Below, piece by piece: positions 1 to 10,099 of a DNA stretch of 35,316 nucleotides. Each line of letters opens with the position of its first letter. Within the stretch, counting starts at the first letter, position 1. The position numbers were made by a program, and so were the translations under genes. The notes beneath the pieces were generated by a model. The model was not told where the DNA came from. It was given only the letters and a program-made list of their open reading frames with translations, and searched no databases. Source of the DNA: Octopus bimaculoides (lineage: Eukaryota); assembly GCF_001194135.2 (NCBI RefSeq), contig NC_069001.1, forward strand, positions 32,768,217-32,803,532. The letters are read 5' to 3'.

Positions 1-60
<60 letters not shown>
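1..60. repeat. (AC)n/(AT)n microsatellite
   Basis: Direct dinucleotide run at the window start. Confidence 0.95.
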
Positions 61-61
<1 letters not shown>

Positions 62-973
62 CCTTATATAATTCATATTTACATTGGTGTAAGACCATTT
101 GCTTCTAAGAAAGGGATATAATTACTGTGACAGAAAAGATAGAAAAACTCCAGTGAAAGGATGTGTCTAGTTTAGATTTGAATTTTTGTTTTTTCCCTCA
201 AAACAGGATTCTTGCACTGAGGAAATTTGTCGTGGGTTGGCATCGTGTTACTGACACCAAAGTATATTCTCAGATTTCTTGTAGTCGCCATCTACTTACT
301 ATGTATGTCTTCTGAAAAAATATCTTTAAAATATATATATAAAAAAAAAAAAAGGAGAAAAACCGAGTGTTTACCATACAAGGCCTAAGTAACAAACTAC
401 CATTGAAGAAAAGCTTGAAGTGTAAAAGACAGATTTTTTTTTCTTTCTTTTTCTAGGAATTTAGCACAGACGAAACCAAATACACCATGTTTAGTAATGT
501 GACAGGGTTGCAAATATGAATTTTTGTTTTTCTGTTTTTCTTAGAGAAATAATAAATGAAAAGCCTAGAGGGTAATTAACAGATGTTATTGCCAAGAATC
601 TTAACGAAAGTAAATCTGAAAAACCTTGTCTTCTGTTATGAGACAGCCAAGAAGAAAAAAAAATTATATAAAATTAAATTAGACAAAAAGAATGGTAATA
701 CTTGAGGAGAAGGTAGGGCAGCTTGATGACAAGGCAGTAGTTTTTAGGTAAAGTGTTCATGTGTCAGGGTTGTCAGCTCAAACAGTTTGTTCTTGATGTG
801 GTATAAATTAGAGTGCCAGAAGATGGGGTGGTGGTGGTGGTGGTGGTGGAAGAGGAGGGGGTCATCAGCCCCCATATATGGGTGTGTTCTAGCATATTTG
901 GACTTTATATGTAAATGTATGCCCCAGCATAGCCACAGCCTTAAGGCTGAACATGTAAAAGAATATGTATGTA

Positions 974-1007
<34 letters not shown>

Positions 1008-1361
1008 ATTATGTTGGCCTGCTTGCATAGAAAGCAAGGTGGCGTCATTTGAAGGCGAAAACGATGCAAAGTGCATTGTGACCAGTGATGTGTAGCATCT
1101 GATAGTCTGGTCGGGTTACATGATATATATATATAAAGTTAATGTTTGTTTTTATGTTGTAATATAAGCAGTTTTACATTAATTTGACAGGTTACTCTGT
1201 ACTTTTGTAGAGTACATTAGTGAAAGATCTACAATATACACACAAGAACACTCAGTTCACACAGACATACACACATATACAAACACACGCATATGCATAT
1301 GAAAGGTTCCCACACAGTTTCCGTCTACTTAACGCACACACATACACAAGCACACGCATAC

Positions 1362-1520
1362 GCATATGATAGGTTTCCATACAGTTTCCGTCTACTTAAT
1401 TTCCTCATAAGACATTGGTTGGCCTGGAGATATAGTTGAAGACCCTTGTCTAAGATGCTGTGCAATGGGGCTGAACCTGAAACCATGTGGTTGCAAAGCT
1501 TGCTTATTAACCACACAATC
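1362..1520 (-). mobile_element. tRNA-derived CORE-like SINE head (called family A here), degenerate
   Basis: Reverse complement aligns with the copies at 1654-1820 and 5563-5712 (…caaccacatggtt…ggttcag…gtagacggaaactg). Confidence 0.8.
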
Positions 1521-1653
1521 CTGTCTGCTCATCTTTCATGAATTTCTTCTTTGTCTCTGATACAAATACTTCCATCTGCCGTGAGGATGAGTGAGATACC
1601 CATGTGTTGAACCATAGATTGTACACAAAACACTTTCACAATATTTCCATACA

Positions 1654-1832
1654 GGCGCAGGAGTGGTTGTGTGGTAAGAAACTTGCTCCCCAACCACATG
1701 GTTCCAGATTCAGTCCCACTGCGTGGCACCTCAGGCAGGTGTCTTCTACTATAGCCTCAGGCTGACCAAAACCTTGTGAGTGGATTTGGTAGACGGAAAC
1801 TAAAAGATGCCCGTCGTATATCTATCTATCTA

Positions 1833-1867
<35 letters not shown>

Positions 1868-1969
1868 TCTTACAGATATAGGGTAAAAATTAATAATTAA
1901 TAATTAGCAATTTTACCAATTAGTTCGGTGTGTTAAAAAACCTTTATCGGTAAACTTATATAAACAAAT

Positions 1970-2051
<82 letters not shown>

Positions 2052-2272
2052 CGTGTATGTTTGTATTTGTGTATCTGTGTTTGTCCCCACCACCATCGCT
2101 TGACAACTGATGTTGGTGTGTTTATGTCCCCATAACTTAGCGGCTTGGCAAAAGAGACCGATAGAATAAGTACTAAGCTTACAAAGAATAAGTCCTGGGG
2201 TCGATTTGTTTGACTAAAAAGGTTGTGCTCCAGCATGGCCACAGTCAAATGACTGAAACAAGTAAAAGAAAG
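1654..2272 (+). mobile_element. Composite SINE: family A head + (TA)n + family B tail
   Basis: A-box/B-box-like head and MIR-core-like 'gcacctcaggcaggtgtcttc' at 1654-1820, (TA)n tracts, then tail 'tttgtccccaccacc…ccagcatggccacagtcaaatgactgaaacaagtaaaag' at 2070-2272. Same order at 28173-28522 and 32519-32935. Confidence 0.75.
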
Positions 2273-2319
2273 AAAAAAAATTAATTATTTGTATCAGAAA
2301 AAGTAGAAGGGATTATCTG

Positions 2320-2830
2320 TGTCAGTTCACATTTTTGTCTCACAGGCCCTTTCTTCAAACCAGTTATTTTTCATGGTCCTTAATTTTTTCTGGAGAACAT
2401 TTTTATATGACTACAGAACATCTGTCTTTAGATGTAAATCTGGGTCACAGCTGACAGCCTTAATTAACTCACTTTTACTCTTGAAGAAGGCCCCAGATTT
2501 CTTTGTAATTTTCATCAAACCGATCCTAGTGCTGATTACATGGATAACTGAAGAAGGTAGCTACAGAAATGTACAGAATCTTAGAGAAGCTCAACTGCTC
2601 TCTGTATAAACAGGATTGAAGGATATTTTATTTAGTCTTTCACAGAAGACTTTTTGGAGTGATGATTTTGAGATTTTCCACCTTCAGCTTTTTTTTTGAG
2701 GAGATGCCCTGAAAGAGGCTTACTTTGAAGGTGTCTCCTACTTCTAAATTTTGTCTTTATTTTACCAGCAATGATCCTGTGATCGCTGCTGCAGTCAGCT
2801 ACACACATAAATCTTGTCATCCACACACTA
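2320..2830 (-). mobile_element. RTE-clade LINE fragment (endonuclease end and linker), pseudogenised
   Basis: Minus-strand translation gives ADCSSDHRII, H*DRFDENYKEIWGLLQE*K and LQKKLRTMKNNWFEERACE, matching the RTE motifs ADCxSDH, HQDWFDEN and LRxMxxxWW. Confidence 0.75.
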
Positions 2831-2844
2831 TTGTGATCATAACG

Positions 2845-3020
2845 ATAAACATCGCCCTTTCAAAGCCTAGCCAGGCTCATGGGCCCGGTTTCCCGGTTTC
2901 TATGGCGTATGTGTCCCTCCGCCAGCTGGACGGGATGCCAGTCCATGGCAGCGTTACTCAAGAAATAGGAAGAAAGAGTGAGAGAAAGTTGGGGCGAAAG
3001 AGTACAACAGGGGTGGAAGA
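2845..3020. mobile_element. GC-rich putative interspersed repeat between the two RTE fragments
   Basis: Abrupt GC/CpG-rich block in AT-rich DNA. Single copy in the window; repeat status rests on recollection of octopus repeats only. Confidence 0.3.
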
Positions 3021-3030
3021 ATCATTGCCA

Positions 3031-3434
3031 AATATGGTTGTCTACCCATGTTTGTACCATTTCATGATGACATGCTGGTAAGTGTTAACAATGAAGACAT
3101 ATCTGTATTGTTTTTGATACCAAATGATGTGAAACAAGGCTGTGTCTTAACACCTACCCTTTTCAGTAACATAGTTTTCCAGCTTTGTCGTAAGAGTTCT
3201 TCAGAATATCTCCACCTGGAATTGACTACAGGGACAGACATGACGGTGAATTGTTTAAGCTTTATAGATTACAGACTAAAACTTCAGTCTGTAAACTATT
3301 GTTTGTAGATGATTGTTGACTGTTTGCACAAGATGAGTCCAGAATGCAAGCATCTGTCGATCAATTCTCAAAGGCCTGTAATAAGTTTGGCTTCATTATC
3401 ACTTCTGCTGTCAAAACAGAAGTACTGCATCAGC
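3031..3434 (+). mobile_element. RTE-clade LINE reverse transcriptase fragment, frameshifted
   Basis: KYGC…FHDDM…VKQGCVLTPTLFS; GIDYRDRHDGELFKLYRLQTK; LLFVDDC; MQASVDQFSKACNKFG…KTEVLHQP. Confidence 0.9.
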
Positions 3435-3444
3435 CTGTCTCAAG

Positions 3445-4010
3445 ATATGTGTAATTATGCGTGTACATACATACGTGGTGTACTTGTATATGGGTGTACC
3501 TCTGTGTGTATGTGTAACTGTATGTATGTGTATGTATACTTGTATGTGTGCTTCAATGTGTGTATATGTGTAACTATGAGTGAATGTGAGTGTGCTTGTG
3601 TGTGTGTATGCCAGTGTGTAACTGTATATATGGGTGTGTACATGTATGTGCACGTGTAAGTATGAATGAATGTTTATGTACTTGCATGTGTGTCTGTATG
3701 AGTGTGTTTGTATGTATGTGTGTGTGTAACAGTATATGTGTGTGTGTGTGTGCCTCTGCGTGTGCATGCGTAACTATGAATGTGTGTGTACTTATATGTG
3801 AGCCTATGTGAATGTACCTGTGTAATTATGTGTATGCATATGTGTGTGTACTTGTATATGTGTCTGTATAAGTTAGTGTACTTGAGTCTGCGTGTGCATG
3901 TAACTATGTATGTCCATATGTGTACATACATCGTGTAGTTGTATGTGTGTGTGTGTGTGTGTATGTATATATGTCTGTATCTGTGTATTTATGTATATCT
4001 GTGTGTATTA
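3445..4010. repeat. Degenerate (TG/TA)n low-complexity tract
   Basis: Direct inspection. Confidence 0.9.
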
Positions 4011-4267
4011 ATACAAATCCCCAAAGAAGCACAACAGAAGTATGATGAATTGGAAGAAGCTGACCTCCACCCTGAATACAATAATACTGGTTCTGTACAC
4101 AAGGTTACAGTTTCTTCAGTGGTGTATGATTGTATCTTGATATTGTTTAGCCCCAGGCCAACCTTGACCAAATCGCTTTATGATCAAAAGCCCTCCTGTC
4201 ATGATCATCCTGTCATTTTGTACATCTAGGACCAAATCATATTATACTTTTTATTCTCTCTTTTTCC

Positions 4268-4490
4268 TTTTTACTTGTTCCAGAGTCGTTTGACTGTGGC
4301 CATGCTGGAGTACTTCCTTGAGGGGGTTCTTAATCAAACACACTGACACCTGGACTTATTTTATAAGCCTAGTATTTATTCTATTGGTCTCTTTTGCCGA
4401 ACCACTGAATTACAGGGACATAAACACACCAGCACTAGTTATCAAGTGGTGATGGAGGGACAAACACAGACACAAAGACACACACACACA
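4268..4490 (-). mobile_element. SINE family B tail
   Basis: Reverse complement aligns with 2070-2272 (tgactgtggccatgctggag…tctattggtctcttttgccgaacc…ggacaaacacagacac). Confidence 0.8.
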
Positions 4491-5369
4491 TAGATATGTA
4501 CACACACACACACTAATATATAATTATATATATATAATCATATTAAAGGGTGTGGATGAACCCTACAGACATGCTAGAAATAGATGCCAAATGGCTCTAA
4601 AAACCACATCTACACTCCGTTAGCACACATTGAAAGTGGACAGATGAATAAATAAGATTTATAAAAAGGATTAACCCTTTTTTTAATATAATTATATATT
4701 AGTATAAATTGTTACCTATATGGTTTTACTACATGCTGGCCACTTGATAAACTCATTAATAATGATGATGATCTCTTGTGAAATATATTGTTTTTGTTTC
4801 AATTGATTTTAAGAAGAATGAGTAATTTAGTATAAAGGAGGAGGGCCTTGTTTTTATTTTGTAACCTTGTGGATACCAGATAACAGAATCATAAATAATT
4901 TGAGAAACAGATAATTTTGCTCGATATCTTGGTTGTAGTTGATACTAGGAGAATGGTTCCTCTGGACAGCAGTGAAAACAAGACTCAGTCACTGGAAAAA
5001 TATGTTGTATTATAAAAAGAAGCACAAAGACAAGATGAAGCAAGAGTCAGACCACCCTCGAAGAAAAAAACCAAAAAATCATTTTATCCATTTACTTTAA
5101 TAAGTCCTCAGATAACTGTCTATTGATTGCATGTGAACTAGTTCAATCATGTTAAACGTGAACTAGTTCACATCGGCAATATAAATCTGTTCTTCACATC
5201 ATACTTTAGCTTCCTTCATCACCCTGATCACTATCATTGCACCTTCTTTCTGCTCTCCTTTAGTTGTAGGGGCCTATTTATGGTTCTTTAGTCTTGCAAG
5301 TTTTAAGGTTACCTCACTAGTGCTGGTGCCATGAAAAGTATAAGCACTTGGTGGTCAGTGTCAGTTGTT

Positions 5370-5555
5370 TATGTCCCCATTTGTAAGCAGTTGGCAAAAG
5401 AGATCAATAGAATAAATATCAGGCATAAATACAAAAAAACAAATATAAAAATAAAGTAAGTACTGGCGTGATATGTTTGACAAAAACCCTTCAAGACGTT
5501 GACCCAGCATGGCTGCAATCCAATGACTGAAAACACGTAAAAGAATAAAGGAATA
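5370..5555 (+). mobile_element. SINE family B tail, degenerate
   Basis: ttggcaaaagagatcaatagaataa…cccagcatggctgcaatccaatgactgaaa. Confidence 0.7.
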
Positions 5556-5562
5556 AGAGAAT

Positions 5563-5712
5563 GTGGTAGGAAGCTTGCTTCCCAACCACATGGTTCTGGG
5601 TTCAGTCCCACTGCGTAGTACCTTGGGCAAGTGTCTTCTACTATAGCCTCTGGCCAACCAAAGCCTTGTGAGTGTATTTGGTAGACGGAAACTGAAAGAA
5701 GCCCATCGTATA
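5563..5712 (+). mobile_element. SINE family A head
   Basis: gcttcccaaccacatggttctgggttcagtcccactgcgtagtaccttgggcaagtgtcttctactatagcc…gtagacggaaactgaaagaagcccatcg. Confidence 0.85.
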
Positions 5713-6050
5713 TCATCATCATCATCATTTAACATCCGTTGTCCATGCTGGCATGGGTGGACAATTTGACTGGGCTGGCATGGGTGCTGTTACATGCCAC
5801 CAGCATGGGTGCCGTTACATGCCACCAGCACGGGTGCCATTTGCATGACACTGGGCTGTGTTTATGTGCCACTGGCACAGATATCATTTTGTGTGACACC
5901 AGTATCTGTCACAACTGCAATTTTGCTTGGCTTGATGGGTTTTCTTCTCAAGCACGACATATTGCCAAAGGTCTTGGTCATTGCCTCTGTGAGGCCCAAC
6001 ATTCGAAAGGAACTCAGCCACTTTGCCTCCATGAGGCCCAATGCTCGAAA
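5713..6050 (-). mobile_element. (GAT)n-tailed retroposon (family C) with an internal 25-bp tandem repeat
   Basis: (CAT)n + tttaacatccg…ccatgctggcatggg as at 18483. Unit gcatgggtgc(t/c)gttacatgccacca occurs about 3 times at 5778-5852. Confidence 0.65.
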
Positions 6051-6093
<43 letters not shown>

Positions 6094-6188
6094 CAAAATA
6101 AGCAACAGGATATCAAGTAGTGATGCAGTATGATGTGGCTGACTGGTTAAAATTCTATTTATTTATTTGTGCAGCTGAAGATGGCACT

Positions 6189-6605
6189 NNNNNNNNNNNN
6201 NNNNNNNNNNNNNNNNNNNNNNNNNNNNNNNNNNNNNNNNNNNNNNNNNNNNNNNNNNNNNNNNNNNNNNNNNNNNNNNNNNNNNNNNNNNNNNNNNNNN
6301 NNNNNNNNNNNNNNNNNNNNNNNNNNNNNNNNNNNNNNNNNNNNNNNNNNNNNNNNNNNNNNNNNNNNNNNNNNNNNNNNNNNNNNNNNNNNNNNNNNNN
6401 NNNNNNNNNNNNNNNNNNNNNNNNNNNNNNNNNNNNNNNNNNNNNNNNNNNNNNNNNNNNNNNNNNNNNNNNNNNNNNNNNNNNNNNNNNNNNNNNNNNN
6501 NNNNNNNNNNNNNNNNNNNNNNNNNNNNNNNNNNNNNNNNNNNNNNNNNNNNNNNNNNNNNNNNNNNNNNNNNNNNNNNNNNNNNNNNNNNNNNNNNNNN
6601 NNNNN
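6189..6605. other. Assembly gap
   Basis: N run. Confidence 1.
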
Positions 6606-6651
<46 letters not shown>

Positions 6652-6872
6652 CATGTGTATTTGTGTGTGTCTGTGTTTGTCCCCACCACCATTGCTTGAC
6701 AACTGATGTTGGTGTGTTTGCCTCCTTGTAACTTAGCAGTTCGGTAAAAAAGACTGATAGAATAAGAACTAGGCTTACAAAGAATAAGTCCTGGAGTCGA
6801 TTTGTTTGACGAAAGGCAGTGCTCCAGTATGGCAGCAGTCAAATGACTGAAACGAGTAAAAGAATAAAAGAA
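6606..6872 (+). mobile_element. (TA)n + SINE family B tail
   Basis: tgtttgtccccaccaccattgcttgacaactgatg…gctccagtatggcagcagtcaaatgactgaaac. Confidence 0.85.
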
Positions 6873-7284
6873 AAAAATATTAACTAAGACAATAATTATG
6901 TTATTAGAATCCGAGTGACATTAACTAAATTCTCTCATTAATATGATATTAATAAGATATATTTTCCGTCTCTGTTCTCTTAACTTATCCATTAATGGAC
7001 CTCTCTTACCTTACACCTCTCTCTCTCTCTCTCTTCTTTAACTAACCAGCTCTTTGACAAAGCCCCGTGCACTATGAAGACCCATGCTGGGTCATTTTAT
7101 TCTTTTATTTCTTTTAATTTACGATTCTGTGCAGCAAACTGTGAAAATGGCAACATCACAGAATAGTTTATGGACAGCAAAACAGGGACATAAAACTGAG
7201 CTAAAAGAATAATTACTTATTTATTAGTCGTAGCTCTAGGATATTTACTAATCTCTCACTCCCTTCCTCACTTCCACTCTCAGT

Positions 7285-7321
7285 CTATCTATCTATCTAT
7301 CTATCTATCTGCCTGCCTGCC

Positions 7322-7374
<53 letters not shown>

Positions 7375-7500
7375 GTCTATCTATCTATCTATCTATCTAT
7401 CTACTTATCTATCTATCTGTGTACTTATCTATCTATCTGTTTGTGTATCTATCTCTGTCTGTCTGTCTGTCTTTCTCTGTTTCTGTCTCTCTCTCTCTTC
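7285..7500. repeat. Compound (TATC)n/(TGTC)n microsatellite
   Basis: Direct inspection. Confidence 0.95.
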
Positions 7501-8443
7501 TCTTTCAACCTTTAGACATTGTATTGTTGTAATAAGACACACACCCCTCCCTATTCTCTAACTTATTCCATTGACCAACATTTCTCTTAGTTCTCTAAAC
7601 CATCCCATAATGTTCCACAGTCTGTGAAATGCATGCTGGGTATATTTAGTCCATTCTTTCTTTTTATGTTTCCATGGAACAAACTGAGAAAATGGCAACT
7701 TCACAGGTATTTTATGGTCAGCAAAACAAAGCTATGAGATTAAGCCAGCAGAATAATTATTTATTTATTACTAACATTAATATGAAATTTACTAAATTCC
7801 CATTTAGTAAAAACATCTCTGATCAGTATCCTGGTGGCTTTGTACCATGACTAATATGATCAAATAATCTTGTTGCAGCAGCAATTCTGACAAAGTATGA
7901 TAGAGAGGGAACGTTTATGTGATCATCACTGTGGTCCTTATTGATGTGTCTTATAATGTTGTAGATCAACCCAGCAGGAGCTGTCCTGGGGTTAAATCAC
8001 CATGCTATGAAAATATTAAGCAGCATTATGGAGAGATAAGACTCTCTGGCTATTGTGAAAGTGATGTTGCTTGGAGGACAGTTACACTGAATAAGATTTG
8101 ACATGGGGAGAGCAAGGGTTAGCTTGGTCTTAGTAAGTTGCTGTGAGGTCAACTTGTCTTGGGAAATGGTGGCTCTGAATAACATACTGTGTGAGGGAGA
8201 TGTGAACTCTGTGAGCTACAGGGAAGGCAAATCTATTGAGGAGAGAAGTTAATTCAATGGAAAAAGAACTGCACAGCATAGGGGAAGGTAATGATTTAGT
8301 CCTGACAGGCAACATAATAGGAAGAGCATCTGGCTACAAAATCCTGCCTTAAAAACCTTCTGTGTAAACCTATGCTATCATGGATAGAGATGTTAAAAGA
8401 GTAGATGAACAAATGTATGTATGTATGCTTGTATGTGCATATA

Positions 8444-8478
<35 letters not shown>

Positions 8479-8623
8479 TGGGTTGGGTTGTCTGGAAAGT
8501 TTGTGCCAATTTTTAAAGGAAAGAAAAAGGTCAATAAATACTTGCCATTACATTTTGAATCAACCAATTTGTTGCACAATGCGTCTCCATTTTTCCTTTA
8601 ACTTGAAAATACCCTCTTCCTAG

Positions 8624-8657
8624 AATTGAGGTGGTTTCATGGCAAATAAGTCGAAAG
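8624..8657 (+). CDS. Candidate internal exon encoding an SH2-domain N-terminal motif (LRWFHGK/ISRK), with an apparent 1-nt deletion
   Basis: Acceptor ccctcttcctag| and donor AAG|gtaagc. TGG TTT CAT GGC AAA [A]TA AGT CGA AAG reads WFHGKISRK if one A is restored. Lies 12 nt from an N gap. Confidence 0.45.
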
Positions 8658-8669
8658 GTAAGCTACTAT

Positions 8670-8888
8670 NNNNNNNNNNNNNNNNNNNNNNNNNNNNNNN
8701 NNNNNNNNNNNNNNNNNNNNNNNNNNNNNNNNNNNNNNNNNNNNNNNNNNNNNNNNNNNNNNNNNNNNNNNNNNNNNNNNNNNNNNNNNNNNNNNNNNNN
8801 NNNNNNNNNNNNNNNNNNNNNNNNNNNNNNNNNNNNNNNNNNNNNNNNNNNNNNNNNNNNNNNNNNNNNNNNNNNNNNNNNNNNNNNN
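8670..8888. other. Assembly gap
   Basis: N run. Confidence 1.
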
Positions 8889-9201
8889 TCAAAAAGTAAT
8901 GCCATTTTGTTTAGGACAGGTATAGTTACCAACACAGGAACACGTATCATACATCAAAATGAAGCTGGTCCTCTGTGGATCACATCCCTACTTCTCAACA
9001 TAGTCACTGTTTCTCTCAATAGCAATGTTCCACCTCCGAATGAGAGCATGTATCCCTGCCCTGTAAAATTCTGTTGACTGTTCTTTGAGCCACTTCTTCA
9101 CTACAGTTTTCACTTCCTCATCACTGGACTATCATCTCTTTGACCCCATGAAAGAGGGTTTGAGAGGCAAACATTATTCCAGTGACGAGGAAGTGAAAAC
9201 T
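8889..9201 (-). mobile_element. Mariner (Tc1/mariner) transposase C-terminal remnant with an internal inversion
   Basis: Minus 9128-8988 reads SSDEEVKTVVKKWLKEQSTEFYRAGIHALIRRWNIAIERNSDYVEK*. Plus 9127-9201 reads DYHLFDPMKEGLRGKHYSSDEEVKT, the segment following the mariner SPDLAP motif. Confidence 0.9.
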
Positions 9202-9481
9202 TCAATACAACTGAATCATATAGCAGTTAACTTCAATGTGGCATAGTCATATAGTAGTTAATTTCAATGTGGCTGCTCAGATAGAAGTTAATGGCCTTGT
9301 CAGATAGCAGTTAACTTCATTGTGACTGAATCATACAGCTGTTAACTTCTGTGTGGCTAAATCAGATATCAGTTAACTTCAATGTGGCTGAGTCAGACAG
9401 CAGTTAACTTTAATGTAGCCTTGTTAAATAGAAGTTAACTTCAATGTGACTGAATCATGTTGGATGGTAGTTAACTTCAAA
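9200..9481. repeat. 31-bp minisatellite, about 9 degenerate units
   Basis: Consensus cttcaatgtggctgaatcagatagcagttaa. Unit starts at 9200, 9231, 9262, then 9315, 9346, 9377, 9408, 9439. Confidence 0.9.
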
Positions 9482-10099
9482 ATAGACTTTCCAGTACAAT
9501 GTTTTCCACCTGCACCTTATATCCTTTGTCAATCATACTGATTGTATATCTGGAACTTAGAACAGTGAATCATTCCGTCTTGAGTTATATATATACATTT
9601 TCCAACTAGGTGGATGTTGACTGGACTACTGAGAGTTAAATGTGTTCACAGACCATCACCTGTTTCCTTAGATTCCGGATTTTTCCTTGTAGGTAACCTA
9701 GCAGTTTTTCCTTTGATGGCTGATCAATTCATTCAGTTTGTTGTTCATTCAATGGACTAAGCCAGCATATTGTGTTTTAGTGAATGAAATATTGAATAAA
9801 ATATTGATTTCTTTCATCAACATAGAATAAGTAAAGTTAGTTATTGACATAGTGAAAAGAAATTTTTAACTCTCTCCCACGAAGGAGGATAAGAGAGAAT
9901 TTAATGCTGAAGCAGATACATGTAGCTGTGGTCATTTGTGTATCAGTTTTAATAAAGTTAGTTTCTCATTTAACCCTTTCTGTCCAAAGCACTTTCTTAA
10001 GTTTGTCCAAAATATCCATGCTTGTTTCCAAACGTTTAGTTATTGGAAGTTAATTTAATTTAGTCGGTGGGTTTGATGTATTGATAATATATTAATTGA

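Noticed and set aside
4017-4091. Coding-looking stretch QIPKEAQQKYDELEEADLHPEYNNTGSVHK
   Set aside because: No convincing acceptor, weak donor and no recognised homology
7800-8370. Non-repetitive 570-bp block as coding sequence or retroelement
   Set aside because: Stops in all frames and no motif I can recognise with confidence
9200-9481. CRISPR-like array
   Set aside because: Units are contiguous degenerate tandem repeats with no unique spacers, no cas genes, and the context is eukaryotic
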